IMG/VR virus record: IMGVR_UViG_3300009155_000040
Location: 32,001-96,000 of that record
Source of the DNA: a virus
Length of the DNA stretch: 64,000 bases
Reading direction: 5' to 3' (one strand)
Shown: one piece after another, positions 20,201-29,034 of the stretch
Position numbering within the stretch: position 1 is the stretch's first letter
Layout of the letters: each line of letters starts with the position of its first letter
Position numbers and translations under genes: made by a program
Notes under the pieces: model-generated
The model's input: the letters and a program-made list of their open reading frames with translations, nothing else
The model's database searches: none
What the model was told of the DNA's origin: nothing

Positions 20201-23200
20201 TTGCGACCGGTAATACTTTACCGTCATCTTTTAAAATTTGATAATCATAAAAACCGTCTAGTAAATTGTCTGCAACGCCCACAGGCATTGTGATATCAAT
20301 TTTTTCTGCGGCTGGACTTAATGTAATCAAAGATCCAATGGCCCAATTATGGGTGGTCCAGTACATAAATTCTTTAGATGATGTTAGCCAGTTTGTTGCT
20401 GATTTAATAGTGGGATCAAAATTATCAAACTTAAATCCGACTGATATTAAATAATTTTCATAACCTAATAGAAAATCTACAACAGCCTGTATCGACGTTA
20501 ACTTGGTACCGTATACTAATTTTTGAGGATTTAAAGTGTTGAATGATCTTCTACGCTGTGCCTCAACTCCGCCAGTTAACGGAATGTTCGGTAATTTTTT
20601 CCAAAGAGTGGCATCAAACTCAGCAGTTGATGTATGGGTTTTTAATGCCCGATAAAAATCATTTCTATACCTTACAATTCTACCATTGTTAAAATTAGTA
20701 TCTTGTGACCAGTCTGTAAAATCTTCACTTACACCGCCTACTGTAATAAGAGGGTCTCCTTTATTAGGGCGGGCTTCATGATAGTTAAAATAAGGATGTA
20801 TATTATCGTAGCCTGTAAGAACCCATCCTCCTTCAGTCTTTTCAATGATCACTCCACTGTATGTTAAATTAGAAATCGGTGAACTTACATTAAAAATAAT
20901 ATCGTAGTTTTCTGAAGGAATAAAAATACTACTTGACGATGACTTTGGACTCTTACTGTCTAACAAATATTTTTGTTGCGATTTATCTGCAAATCCAGAC
21001 AATCTAGTCGACAGTGCTACATCTAAATTTTGTAATTTAGCTTCGTATTCGGCTAATTCTAAACCTCTCGACTTTACATATCCTGCAAGATATTTTACAA
21101 GGCCAACTGTTAAGTCTGCACTAACTCCAGGAAGCGTTATGTCAGCCGGTGTTACAAATAAGTTTGTTTCTGAATGTACGGTCTGTCCAATGATATTAAT
21201 TTTTGTTTTAGAAATGTCAAAACTATCGTTGATAAACTCAAATGGTTTTAATAACGACATTGCCATGACAACCGCAAACGGCCATTCGGAACTAGATCTC
21301 CATGCATATTCAGCAGGACTAATATCACCTAATACAAATGGGCCTCGATTATTAATTAAACTAAAGTTTTGTGCTAGATTTGAATCAAGAGGACTTAATA
21401 AATTACCATCACCGTCAACTGGGATGTGACCTATTATTGTTGGACGTTTATATCGATCGTATGTGCCTGCTCGATCGCCTTGACGAATTATACCGTCTCG
21501 TAAATCTTCCCATAACAATAAGTTACCGCTGGTATAAGGAGCAGGACCATATTCGCTTTCCCACCAATCTGGTTGTTCACTGAAGCCTAACATCTCCCAA
21601 GGACAACGATGTGGCCTGTCGGTGTCGTAAAACCATTGATATACACCTCTCCAATATCCAGGAAGATTAATAGTTCCCGAAGGATCGGCCATATTAGTAT
21701 AGGTATATGTGAATGAATTTTCACTGTCAAAATACTCGTTCAATGTGTAATTAATATTTGTATTTTGCACCCATTTTAAAAATTCTTGAACAACTACATT
21801 ATCAAGCTGTGCTTTAGAATATGTGCTGGTTGTATAATAGAATCCTCCAACGATATCGTCTATATTAAAAATATCTCTATTGTAAGTAACTTTGATATTG
21901 TTATAAATTCTATATTCTAATTCTAATAATAGATCATCACGATAGTCATCATAGGCAACTGTGATACTACCGTCGTGCCCTTGTATAACCATTTGAGGTA
22001 CAACATAAGTATCGTCTAAAAATTTTGCAGGAGTATATTTTTTGTATAATCCCATCGCAGACGGAGTAGGCGGAATATGATTGTATGCTGTGGATACATA
22101 TTCTCTAATCTGGATTTGATCGCCTCTGTTCAATTGAACTTTTAATATTACAAAACCAAATGTTGAATTAAATTCGTACTCTTTTGTGTACAATAACTGC
22201 TGTTCATTTATATAAACATATACTGCTTTTCTACTTAGAGTATCTAATCCAAATTTTTCTGATAATGCAAACGTGTTAATTCCTGTGTCATCAACTGTGT
22301 AATCAATAGACGTATATGCTCCAGAACCGATCATGTCTGAATCTGCAAATGGGCTGTTTTCTGATTTTGTTTTTGTTAACTCATTTATGATATCATCAAC
22401 AAAATCTGCAACATTTTCATTAAAGTCTATTTCTGTTGCTTTTAAAATAAAATTATTTTTATAGTCAGTATAAGACTTTTTAGCATATTGTATCGATTTA
22501 ACAATGTTAGAAGTTTTGTCTGTTAATAGATTAATTGCTAGAGGAGTTAACCCAGAATGTTTTAAAAATCTCTTACTGTTTTTTTGGTAACCAACAATGT
22601 CACGTAAATTAGACACGCCAGGCAGTGCACCAACAAATTCGTCTGTAAACTCGACAGCACTTAGTAAATGATCAATTGCCTGACCAAGTGTAAATGATGT
22701 TAAAATTTGATTTAAAGGATTCTTTTCTAATCCTACAGGAATTTCATAGTAGCCTTCGTTTGGCTCTAGATCTGTAATTATTTTTACAGACACAACATCT
22801 TTATCTGCAAATGTAGTGTTGTCAAAAGTAAATGTCGATCCTGCCCGTGTATATGAATCTGTGAAACGAACGCCGTTTAAATAGAAATTAATTTTTAATA
22901 GCGTTGTATCTGTTACTAAACTCCAATCAACTGGATTTAAAGAAACTGAATTAGTAGACTGTGTAACAATGGTGCTGTCAATGATTGGTTGGATAAAAGA
23001 GTTATCTGTCGTGATCCATCCGTTGGCATTGTTTCCATTTATTTGATAAAATCCTGTTGAGATAGATTTTGAAAATACCTCTTGATTTGCTGTGTAATAA
23101 AATGACTCAGTGTCCCATACCCAGTTAAATTGTATGTCTCCGATATTGTCAATATTAAGATAACTTAGACTAAATCCTAATTCAGAGTCAGCAGTACTGC

Positions 23201-25130
23201 TTCCAATTTTATAAGATAAAATTTCTGTTCCAGCAAAGGTTGTTGTAGGGTAATATGCTTCGTCTGAAAAACTTGTGCCGTTTTCATCAAATGCATCAAA
23301 CTTAGGCTGTTGATTGACTTTCGATTTGCTTTGGCTTTGAACCCAATTAGATCCGTTGTAGTGGAACATTGTTCCACCATACTCGTTACCTCTTTTTACA
23401 ATAACGCCTTCGCCAAGTAACGGTTCCGAATCTTCTGTCGCTCTCAGATGTATTTGTGTTCTACCATTGTGATTAATAAATTCAACTTGATAAATTTTAT
23501 TATTTGCTAATATATCGGGGTCTGCAATTACTAAAATTCTTGCGCCTTCAAATAGAAACTCACCGTCTATGTTATAACCTAGACTACCTTCAATAGTAGA
23601 AAATACATCTGTAGTAAAATTGTCAACAAAATCCACAGCCTCTTTGGCTACTGATCCGTGATTGATTAATTTTAAGCCCGGAACAAATTCAATGATAGGA
23701 CGTTTTGCTCTTGCAGCTTCCGAAGCAGGAAAATCCTGACCTCTTGTTTTGTAGGCATTTTCAAGGACTGATCTATGAAACCATCTATTGTAGCGACTCC
23801 ACGGGTTTCTATCCACGCTGCTTCTGCTGATAGTAATGTAGTCTTTCTGTCCGGGATATTGGGTAGCATCATCAAATGGGCCGGTGTCAAAACCGCCATC
23901 GTCAAATAATACTTCTGGAACTGATTTAGAAATAATAGGAACAATTAAATCAGTAAATTTAATTAGAGAAATCTGATCACCAACACCATCAATTACCCAG
24001 CTATCTGTAGAGTATTTGGTTGGCGTCACTGTTCCTGTGAACTCTATCACCATGCCATTAGAAAATTCTACGCCGTTGCTACTGGTGTATGTAGACTTTC
24101 CTAATATTTCTTTTTCTATATTAAGTTCGGTATTTGATTCAATATTTGAAATTACAAATTGACCAAATTTATTAGGATCAATTATACTTTGGTAGTACAA
24201 TACGTCCGGTGCATCGTACGGAACTTCAAAAGTTAATATGCCATTTTCGATTCTATTATTAGTCACACCTTTATTATAATCAGACGGTGTTCCTATTGAT
24301 ACTAATGAAATATATTCCCAATCTTGAGAATCCGTTGTAATTGTGCTGCCATCGCCTGCAGGAATGTCTACTTTAGCTTTCCAAACTTTACTGTCAAATA
24401 TAGTAACTTGGCCTTTAGAATAAGACATTTCTGGCCTAAAGTATAGTGTACCAACATCGTAATTAGTTCTAATTACAAACCCATCATTAGGTGCATCTAT
24501 TTTAAATTTGTAAGTCTGTCCTCTATACAATGTTACCAACGGATTATTTGTATATCCATCAGGGGTGAAGATAAATGACGACCCCGTTCCAAGAGAAACT
24601 TTGTACGAGCTTACAATTCCTTTTGCCTGTCCACTTACAGGAATTGCAGGCGGTCCAGAAGGTTCCCAATAATATTCTCTGTAGTTGATAAACTTGTCCC
24701 AATCGATTGGGGGGTTCCAAGAATAATGCTCTTGGCTGGTTATTAGATCATCTCTTTCATTTTCGTTTCCAAAGAATTTTAATTGATTTTTAAAATCAAG
24801 ATAATCATGAAAACTTTCAATGTCGTTAGAAACTGTATGGGCATGAGTTGTTACTCCGGCGTCTTGATTTTTAATAATTACACCGGGCTCTAGTTGGTAT
24901 CTGCTACGAAGCGTTTGATCAGTATTAAGATAGATATCCGAACCGTTATAGGTTTTTCCATACCTTTTTCCAACGTAACCGACTGTTTTTTGTAAAACTC
25001 CTGGCTGAATTAATGGGTCAATGACTCCAGCCATAAATTTTTCATTAGTTGGTGTTTGAAAAACTTGAGGTAGAAGATCTACAGATCTTCTAATAGGTAA
25101 TCCGCTCTTTGGAAATATTTTGTTTGCCAT
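11217..25130 (-). CDS. Giant (4,637 aa) baseplate-associated structural protein; positional equivalent of T4 gp7 (inference)
   Basis: Uninterrupted 13.9-kb ORF directly downstream of the gp6-like gene. Contains FG-GAP-like propeller repeats (FGxxxAxSxDG..LxVGxP), W...Y..GDxVxY carbohydrate-binding-like repeats and IxxPGxGYxxAPxVxI repeats. Confidence 0.75.
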   Translation of the reverse strand: MANKIFPKSGLPIRRSVDLLPQVFQTPTNEKFMAGVIDPLIQPGVLQKTVGYVGKRYGKTYNGSDIYLNTDQTLRSRYQLEPGVIIKNQDAGVTTHAHTVSNDIESFHDYLDFKNQLKFFGNENERDDLITSQEHYSWNPPIDWDKFINYREYYWEPSGPPAIPVSGQAKGIVSSYKVSLGTGSSFIFTPDGYTNNPLVTLYRGQTYKFKIDAPNDGFVIRTNYDVGTLYFRPEMSYSKGQVTIFDSKVWKAKVDIPAGDGSTITTDSQDWEYISLVSIGTPSDYNKGVTNNRIENGILTFEVPYDAPDVLYYQSIIDPNKFGQFVISNIESNTELNIEKEILGKSTYTSSNGVEFSNGMVIEFTGTVTPTKYSTDSWVIDGVGDQISLIKFTDLIVPIISKSVPEVLFDDGGFDTGPFDDATQYPGQKDYITISRSSVDRNPWSRYNRWFHRSVLENAYKTRGQDFPASEAARAKRPIIEFVPGLKLINHGSVAKEAVDFVDNFTTDVFSTIEGSLGYNIDGEFLFEGARILVIADPDILANNKIYQVEFINHNGRTQIHLRATEDSEPLLGEGVIVKRGNEYGGTMFHYNGSNWVQSQSKSKVNQQPKFDAFDENGTSFSDEAYYPTTTFAGTEILSYKIGSSTADSELGFSLSYLNIDNIGDIQFNWVWDTESFYYTANQEVFSKSISTGFYQINGNNANGWITTDNSFIQPIIDSTIVTQSTNSVSLNPVDWSLVTDTTLLKINFYLNGVRFTDSYTRAGSTFTFDNTTFADKDVVSVKIITDLEPNEGYYEIPVGLEKNPLNQILTSFTLGQAIDHLLSAVEFTDEFVGALPGVSNLRDIVGYQKNSKRFLKHSGLTPLAINLLTDKTSNIVKSIQYAKKSYTDYKNNFILKATEIDFNENVADFVDDIINELTKTKSENSPFADSDMIGSGAYTSIDYTVDDTGINTFALSEKFGLDTLSRKAVYVYINEQQLLYTKEYEFNSTFGFVILKVQLNRGDQIQIREYVSTAYNHIPPTPSAMGLYKKYTPAKFLDDTYVVPQMVIQGHDGSITVAYDDYRDDLLLELEYRIYNNIKVTYNRDIFNIDDIVGGFYYTTSTYSKAQLDNVVVQEFLKWVQNTNINYTLNEYFDSENSFTYTYTNMADPSGTINLPGYWRGVYQWFYDTDRPHRCPWEMLGFSEQPDWWESEYGPAPYTSGNLLLWEDLRDGIIRQGDRAGTYDRYKRPTIIGHIPVDGDGNLLSPLDSNLAQNFSLINNRGPFVLGDISPAEYAWRSSSEWPFAVVMAMSLLKPFEFINDSFDISKTKINIIGQTVHSETNLFVTPADITLPGVSADLTVGLVKYLAGYVKSRGLELAEYEAKLQNLDVALSTRLSGFADKSQQKYLLDSKSPKSSSSSIFIPSENYDIIFNVSSPISNLTYSGVIIEKTEGGWVLTGYDNIHPYFNYHEARPNKGDPLITVGGVSEDFTDWSQDTNFNNGRIVRYRNDFYRALKTHTSTAEFDATLWKKLPNIPLTGGVEAQRRRSFNTLNPQKLVYGTKLTSIQAVVDFLLGYENYLISVGFKFDNFDPTIKSATNWLTSSKEFMYWTTHNWAIGSLITLSPAAEKIDITMPVGVADNLLDGFYDYQILKDDGKVLPVANINVNRGFQSITVETVNTTNGIYFLKVYFVLKEHVVIFSDRTVFNDVIYDKTTGYRQDRIKTQGFVTVDWDGDYTSPGFLFDNVNIQKWQPFTDYKSGDIVSYRSYNWTSLTNQIGVESFDDTYWTKLDSDPKKQLVSNFDYKINQFEDYFEVSADGLGNNQRNLARHSIGYQEREYLQNLAEDSVTQFQLYQGFIKEKGTANSITKVFDKLSNSAAGSVDLKEEWAFRVGRLGGVDQLREVEMTLNKDSFVINPQPIIIANEISDSISDQYYRVLKTDFTIDPDKYSVDINPTTDDLLLSRTPGYVKTDQVNFIISSRDSILDLDIANFNENDNVWITFDNYSWTVLRYNQSPILIITNITKEKTKVTIELGRFHECKIDDIVGIKDIVNLTGFFKIVSATPRTITVEVSAKAQPPEWDGSSIVNLNLFTEARFANYEQLSPQQAALLKTGSTVWIDNNTTTGWEVIKKKKQFVTKELIDAGIAEPSHLGTRVVYNSLTRQTFASIPDTGYVMVYAQSLNGIGVTQVLTPAESIRPSVTGSFGKAMALSPDGKQLIVGSPLAGSLKSYYKGTFNPLTAYAPNEIVEWDNRLWVAQVSLATPPYPNSTSTVWLPQGIIPVTTSGTSSGFTKQGMISVYHWTGQRWQITNSYLSPRPIDNETFGSEITISQSGTTYYASVAAKAAFGNKGRVYLFKGTTLGDDSVSWEILNIDNTDFALPQQIALGSDGSSVNFDVEIIKDGDEFGTTLATSGDGTVLVVGAPNSDGQYFENYRGWWKSDIIYNQDDVVKYQDNYYQLADSSSEVGVDPSNAGWDDVGDSSAQASGKVFVYKRDTDDKYNLIQTIDAGSLVLIDDTPSVVNSRAIVTSSVDNSIVLKNTTGIVINMPLLVTGVSFGGLISGTTYYVKEILQYGVNGKIKVSRTFGSGVVALTTATGSLEITAGGTPDINVGDQFGYSADLDYTGSTLIISSPKADVNFQNQGSAYVFKTDSLESIEYRLKQKLESFEKYPNEFFGQNVSISSSGNRIAIGSKNTPFTVLAKLDSTKETTFDQGRTRFVERSGYAGGVYVFEKKNDQFFLVEKLEIEASPYESFGYTLDCTDSEIAVGSPDYRAPVNTGSSVLFDGPMIGTVRLFTKDPSVNSWEILEQQKPLVDVRKVKSISMYDTVKNVKVQDIDYVDHSKLKILNSAEKEIKFKTLYDPATYTIGTDNQAVDSTTAWAEKNVGKLWWDLSRVKWKYYEQGDIAYKTSNWNGLVEGSSVDVYEWVQTRLLPSEWSIVADTTEGLALGISGQPKYPDDTVYSVKELYNPTTGEISGTLYFYWVKNKTTVPENMPGREISSATVSSYITNPAASGIAHIALIDSDKFIAYNFKSIMSSDTAVLNIQYFKNSDKLNPIHNEYQLLTEDHILSRPTEALETKWLDSLIGVDSQGGPVPDPNLPAKQKYGLSFRPRQSMFVNRAPILKIIVTKVNEFLLQQPWADQILIEDLNLIDMPPDQALNLYDQAVDTYEALQTVGTTRVKQATLRVNISNNQISSIDILDPGFGYRVTPAVSIYGDGNGASATAVLDNQGRIASVTVVSKGKKYSEATASVRQFAVLVTSDETTKGFWGIYSWDNERQTFYRSRAQAFDTTRYGYAYDWWAEGYSIKTRITTEIPDISYEPLLTTKIGDLIRAKQYDTGDWAVFERVSDSAEFFARYKLVGRGTGTIQLAESLWNNKLSGIGFDNTVSFDTDSYDIDNSKELRIILQRIKEFLFIGEYENEWNKLFFTSVRYALAEQQYIDWAFKTSFLNATHYVGELKEKLNYKNDNLESYQEYINEVKPYRTTIREYISNYEKIDRVGSANTDFDLPPTFSVAEGKILPVTASDETSLAYPWRSWLDNHTYEIVSIKISNPGSGYVQAPNVLITGDGTGVVAKAYISNGKVSGVSIINSGTGFTSAPTISLVGGNGSSDNTATAVAIIGNTKARTFNLGIKFDRFTKTGLLSSLDNFQQFRANGYSATFELAYAPTRDKSQIQVLKNNQVVLSNEYNITLFKSSTDTFSLLKGKIIFTEVPAGPNVATGYLGDLIEIYYVKNDELLDSVNRISKYYYPLTGMKGKDLGQLMTGIDYGGVQVQGTTFDVTGGWDALPWFTDAWDSVESSADFYVVCDGSTTNITLPFTPLDGKEINVYLKRTGSGLGRSPKTIQTLGDDTAPTVVYEPIISNQPTVRIDGVVGTDPNALMPTFIGDGSTKVVEIGEYVHTNAGDTLIFRTVDSDGSVTINDTNLLDTKLSGGSFAAMGPAYITATGTRAEDITIDGGKLIGPDQVPAPEENIPGQILDSVSIKVFTTDSDGAAPLQTKTLVGNGSDTIFKIGLNIFESNSLLVYVDKNKKEYQGTSSFDYSIDFVSNEVLFNTAPTTGMLIELISFGIGGVALLDYQEFIADGETNLFLTNANFKDTDMVSVSVNGIYEDTGFINSTNVVDTLEKTLIQFGTTPLANSVIKILSIGPGATSSGIVRVHSQEFEFEGSTRSFEIADLSIQSKGSVVASVVVELNGTILQGVDTISAIYDGVTNTFVIGVDPLEGAGTVLSSNIKVFVNNELTEFVKDYIYNGPTKQLIITKDMSEGDTIKIENDFRAEYTISTDSTATILTLNSTLPMSTTNETDNDIIKITWFSEYPSMEIVSDEYVGGKINYQLGFAPLDASYVWVYKNGERLVQDREFYVSLPRGVVYLKDSTTTDDTIKIVLFGSKIYRSPSAYEIHKDMLNGYSFKRYSVDSTVTLTKELTYYDQEIVVTDASTLSEPMRERNIPGTLIINSERIEYLQKTGNTLTQLRRGVSGTAIAPIHSAGSFVVDIGRNETIPYKESQNKLDFISDGSTLLVGPLDFIPTKSSRIWTTATTVTIPEEYGPCDEFEVFAGGERLRKDSLQVYDESLGASSPSSDVVLEADFSVDGVSPYIRLTSKIPAGTRISIIKKVGNIWYEKGATTVSKGITLLENSTPIAAFIAKKTTRLPE

Positions 25131-25132
25131 CT

Positions 25133-28100
25133 TTAAGTACTCGATACTATAGAATTAACATCTGCCCTAACTTCAATTGCTGTAATAGCTTTTACTATTT
25201 CAACATCGTCAACTGTTGCACCGCTGACAAAAATTTCGTCAGCTCTGCTTTGTATTTCAAAAAGACTACCAAATGCTTGGCTAGACTGTTTTGGGATTAT
25301 AATCATGTTGCTTACATCCGGAGTTACTGAATTAATTACATAGGTAACCAATTCACTAAGGTAGAAGCGATCTCCAAAATCCCAATTGTTAATATCAAAA
25401 AATGTGTTAACAGCTGAAATAATTCTAACCTTTAGATCATTATCGTTAATCGATTGTGATGGATTTTTAACCACTTTAAATGTTGCTTGTAATTTTTGAT
25501 CAGCTTTAGATCCAAACAAAATTTTATATTTTACAGGATGATAGATAATTTCATCGCTGATAGATTTAATAGAATCTAATGTAGATCCATAATTAATTCG
25601 TAATTGATCAGTTGTCGGCGGAGACGGTTCTGTTGAGCCTCCAGCAATGTATGTTCTAAATGCGGTATCATAATTTCGAGTTAACAAGAATATATCAATT
25701 ATGTTGCTAGAACTTGGATCAATTCTTCTGTTAACACTGGCATTGTGAATGTATTGGAATTTCAAACCTTGTCTTCCAACGTATGCTTTGTATGACGGTT
25801 GTAAAATAAATGTATTTGTAGCTGTGTCAATAGACATAATTCTATCTTCGTTGCTGTCATAAAAATATACCAAGTCGCCGTCGGTGATAGCTGTTCCGTC
25901 TGGCCAAGTTACAAAATCAGTAACTGATGTTTGTTTTAAGAAGAGGCGTATTTTTGTGACAGAAGTGTCAACTAACACATCTGATACATTTCCATAAGTA
26001 TCTGCTGTTTCTTTAAAAAACAAATAGCCTAGATCGATATCCTGCCCTGCAACTTCAATAAAAGATTCTGGGTCGTCAATAACTCCATCATCGTCGCCAT
26101 CTTTAAATGCTACCTGTATTTCTGTTGAACTTTCAAACCCGTCTTCAAATTTTATAGTGTCAACAATTTCGAAAGAATAGTCGCGATTTAAAGACGAAGT
26201 TCCGTCGCTGGTAGGATTGATACTCAATACCTTAACTTGATCTTTTACCACATTGCCTAATCGATCATTATATTGTTTTTCACTAGAATCAAAATAAAAT
26301 CTGTTCTGCTCAACGCTACCAAAGATATATTCAATAGATCTAATACGAATCAAATACTGATCGGCTTCTTTTACAAATGCAATCAGCCACGATGAATCAA
26401 GATTGTTATCTGTAGTATCGCCAGCTTTACCTAAAGTAAAATTATTTGAAAAGTTTACGTTAGATGCTGAAATTATTTTCCATGTAGTTGTAGCAATGTC
26501 GTATCGAACGCCAAAGTTTAAATTTTGATAGATTTGATTTACTAGTTCATTTTCTAATGCGGGGGGTAAATCGTTAATAAATTTAGGGATAATTTGTACT
26601 GCAACTGCTCCAGACGGAATAACATCACTAAATGTAATTGCTCCGATTCCGCTTGGCAGTGTGCCAACTCCGTTGGCAGTACCGTCACCAACTACTTGCA
26701 CAGCCTTGGTCCATATTCTAGTTGTTTGATATGGATCTGCTGCATTATACGTAACCAATGCACCATTTTTAAAAGCATATCCTGTCGGTGGTACAAATTT
26801 AATTAAAGTATCTTTGGCCATATACTTCAAACTGTTTGTTGAATATGAACCAACTCTTAATTTTGAACTGTCAACAAAATTATAAAAATATCCGGTAGAC
26901 ATGTTTATATCTGTTGTAATCGATTCCCAGCGAATATTGGTGTCACCAAATAAAATTTTATCAAATTTAGTTAGATAATAATTGTATACGTAGTCCTGAT
27001 TAATCAGAACCTCGTAGGCTTGTCTAATATAATTGATAATGTCAACTCTGCTGGCAAATTTAAAAGTTTGAGTTTTTTCAGATTCTTTTTTGTAAATGTA
27101 ACCATCGTCGGCAAATACTGTCACCGAGCTGTATTTTCCAGAAGCATCAATAATTTCGTAGTTTCTTGAAATTCCGCTAGAGGTTCTATTAATAGATTTA
27201 ATTTTAATAATATCTTGACTGCTTGACAATGGAGCAAGATTATAGTCTTCTCCAGTAATCATTCTATTTTGTGTATAGTAAAGCGCCGGAGCATTAGTTC
27301 TAATAGTATCTATGTCTTCGGAAGGTGCTGCAGACGAAACTGAAGATTGTAATGCAAGGTTGATAGATACTGTATGTCTAGTTCCTTGTTTATTAACGTA
27401 AGGAATAGCAATTGTAATTCCTCTAAGTTCATTAGGGGCAACGATATATGAAAGACCGTTACTTACTCTATAATAAACTCTGAATGTACCTTGCGGCAAA
27501 TTACCATAAACGCCGTCTGCAAAAATAAGATCAATCTTGTCAGATTCTTTTGTTTGTACAGCATAAATGTTTCTAATATTTTGTGATACGCTGTTATATG
27601 CAATATTGTTGCCAACTAAATTAGCAACCTGTGTCCATTGATCTAATTGTACACCACCCGAACTCAATTTAAACAACCACACATCATCATTATTGATGTT
27701 TGCGCTGTCTACGGCAATTTTTTCATTGGTGGTAGGAACATCAATAGCAAAGTCAGCAAGCTCTAAACTTCCTTGCTTGAACATCAAATAAAATCCGGTG
27801 TTAGCAGATCCAGGTCCACTGCCATCATTTCTGTAAATATATCCTAACTGATTACCGGGCACCGGAGCTTCTTCATACGGTGCTTGAGCATTTTTAAAAG
27901 AAGTTGAAACAACTTCAAATACCATGGCGCGGCCTGCAACAGTTTTGCTAAAAGAATAGATTGGCACGTCTGTTGATATCGAATTAAATCTATATTGTTC
28001 TGTGAGAATTCCTTGAATCGTTGCAGAACCTTGGCTACGACCAAATTCTGTATTGCTTGCCATTGAAGCATTCAATATGATAATAAACTGTTCTAGCCAG

Positions 28101-28552
28101 TTTGAATTTGTAGGATCGTTCCAAGAAATAATTTGTTGGGCAAGATTTTTTCCGTTGCTGTCAACTATGCTTTCTGTTGTTGACACCGAAGTAAATTTTA
28201 ATAAACCAGCTGCTGGCTTATTTCTTTTAGGATTATATCCTAGCATTCTAGCTAGGCGTAAAACAGAATCTTTACGTTCTGCAAGTTCAATAAAGTTTTC
28301 TCTGCTGGCTAGATCAATCCTAAAAGCCAGGCTTTGTCCTAAAAATGCAACAGCATCAATTAGTGCTAGATACTCTGAACTTTCAATATAATCATTAAAA
28401 TCTTCTGGGTAATTTTCACGCAAATAAGTGATCATAACCCTACGTAGATTTTCAAAGTCGTAAGATTTAAAATCAGCATTCTTAAATGTCTGATATATTC
28501 TTGTCCAATCTTGATTAAGAATTAGATTGTTTTGTCTAGCGGTTGTTGTCAT
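25133..28552 (-). CDS. gp6: Baseplate wedge subunit, T4 gp6-like (1,139 aa)
   Basis: YDFENLR...DYIESSEYLALIDAVAFLGQSLAFRID...ENFIELAERKDSVLRLARMLGYNP and QNRMITGEDY are gp6/baseplate-J-type motifs. Adjacent to the gp25-like gene. Confidence 0.85.
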   Translation of the reverse strand: MTTTARQNNLILNQDWTRIYQTFKNADFKSYDFENLRRVMITYLRENYPEDFNDYIESSEYLALIDAVAFLGQSLAFRIDLASRENFIELAERKDSVLRLARMLGYNPKRNKPAAGLLKFTSVSTTESIVDSNGKNLAQQIISWNDPTNSNWLEQFIIILNASMASNTEFGRSQGSATIQGILTEQYRFNSISTDVPIYSFSKTVAGRAMVFEVVSTSFKNAQAPYEEAPVPGNQLGYIYRNDGSGPGSANTGFYLMFKQGSLELADFAIDVPTTNEKIAVDSANINNDDVWLFKLSSGGVQLDQWTQVANLVGNNIAYNSVSQNIRNIYAVQTKESDKIDLIFADGVYGNLPQGTFRVYYRVSNGLSYIVAPNELRGITIAIPYVNKQGTRHTVSINLALQSSVSSAAPSEDIDTIRTNAPALYYTQNRMITGEDYNLAPLSSSQDIIKIKSINRTSSGISRNYEIIDASGKYSSVTVFADDGYIYKKESEKTQTFKFASRVDIINYIRQAYEVLINQDYVYNYYLTKFDKILFGDTNIRWESITTDINMSTGYFYNFVDSSKLRVGSYSTNSLKYMAKDTLIKFVPPTGYAFKNGALVTYNAADPYQTTRIWTKAVQVVGDGTANGVGTLPSGIGAITFSDVIPSGAVAVQIIPKFINDLPPALENELVNQIYQNLNFGVRYDIATTTWKIISASNVNFSNNFTLGKAGDTTDNNLDSSWLIAFVKEADQYLIRIRSIEYIFGSVEQNRFYFDSSEKQYNDRLGNVVKDQVKVLSINPTSDGTSSLNRDYSFEIVDTIKFEDGFESSTEIQVAFKDGDDDGVIDDPESFIEVAGQDIDLGYLFFKETADTYGNVSDVLVDTSVTKIRLFLKQTSVTDFVTWPDGTAITDGDLVYFYDSNEDRIMSIDTATNTFILQPSYKAYVGRQGLKFQYIHNASVNRRIDPSSSNIIDIFLLTRNYDTAFRTYIAGGSTEPSPPTTDQLRINYGSTLDSIKSISDEIIYHPVKYKILFGSKADQKLQATFKVVKNPSQSINDNDLKVRIISAVNTFFDINNWDFGDRFYLSELVTYVINSVTPDVSNMIIIPKQSSQAFGSLFEIQSRADEIFVSGATVDDVEIVKAITAIEVRADVNSIVSST

Positions 28553-28569
28553 TTTTCTTCCCTATATCA

Positions 28570-28577
28570 TATTTACC
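28570..28577 (-). promoter_or_regulatory. Late-promoter-like box GGTAAATA
   Basis: TAAATA core in the gap upstream of the gp6-like start. Confidence 0.55.
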
Positions 28578-28593
28578 AAACAAAATTAACTGC

Positions 28594-29034
28594 TTAGTTT
28601 ATGACTGAACGTTGTTTATCGAAGTCAAACGTCATTCTTTCGTTAACATTAAATGGAATATAAGTTATGTCTGCTTCAATCCTAATACCTTGGTCTGTTG
28701 AATCAACTGTTACCGCATTTACCACAACACGAGGATCATAATTTACAATATCTTCAACATCTTTGGCAATGATTGTTTTAACTTCTTCTGTAAATGGTTC
28801 AAATAAAATGTCCCATATTACTGTGCCAAATTCTGGATTTTCTAACTTCTCTCCCTTTCGAATATAAAAATTATTAATGATATCTTGTTTTACCAGATCA
28901 ATATCATAAAGTTTATAATTCCTTTTATATTCTTTTGAGCTAAATCCTTTATAGGCAAATGCTCCGGAGTTGGCGTCGCCAACTGATGCTTTGTTTACTG
29001 CAACTGTTTTATTATTGTAAAGTTTAGTTGACAT
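28594..29034 (-). CDS. gp25: Baseplate wedge subunit, gp25-like
   Basis: RKGEKLENPEFGT..WDILFEP...IVNYDPRV is the gp25/GPW signature. Confidence 0.9.
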   Translation of the reverse strand: MSTKLYNNKTVAVNKASVGDANSGAFAYKGFSSKEYKRNYKLYDIDLVKQDIINNFYIRKGEKLENPEFGTVIWDILFEPFTEEVKTIIAKDVEDIVNYDPRVVVNAVTVDSTDQGIRIEADITYIPFNVNERMTFDFDKQRSVIN

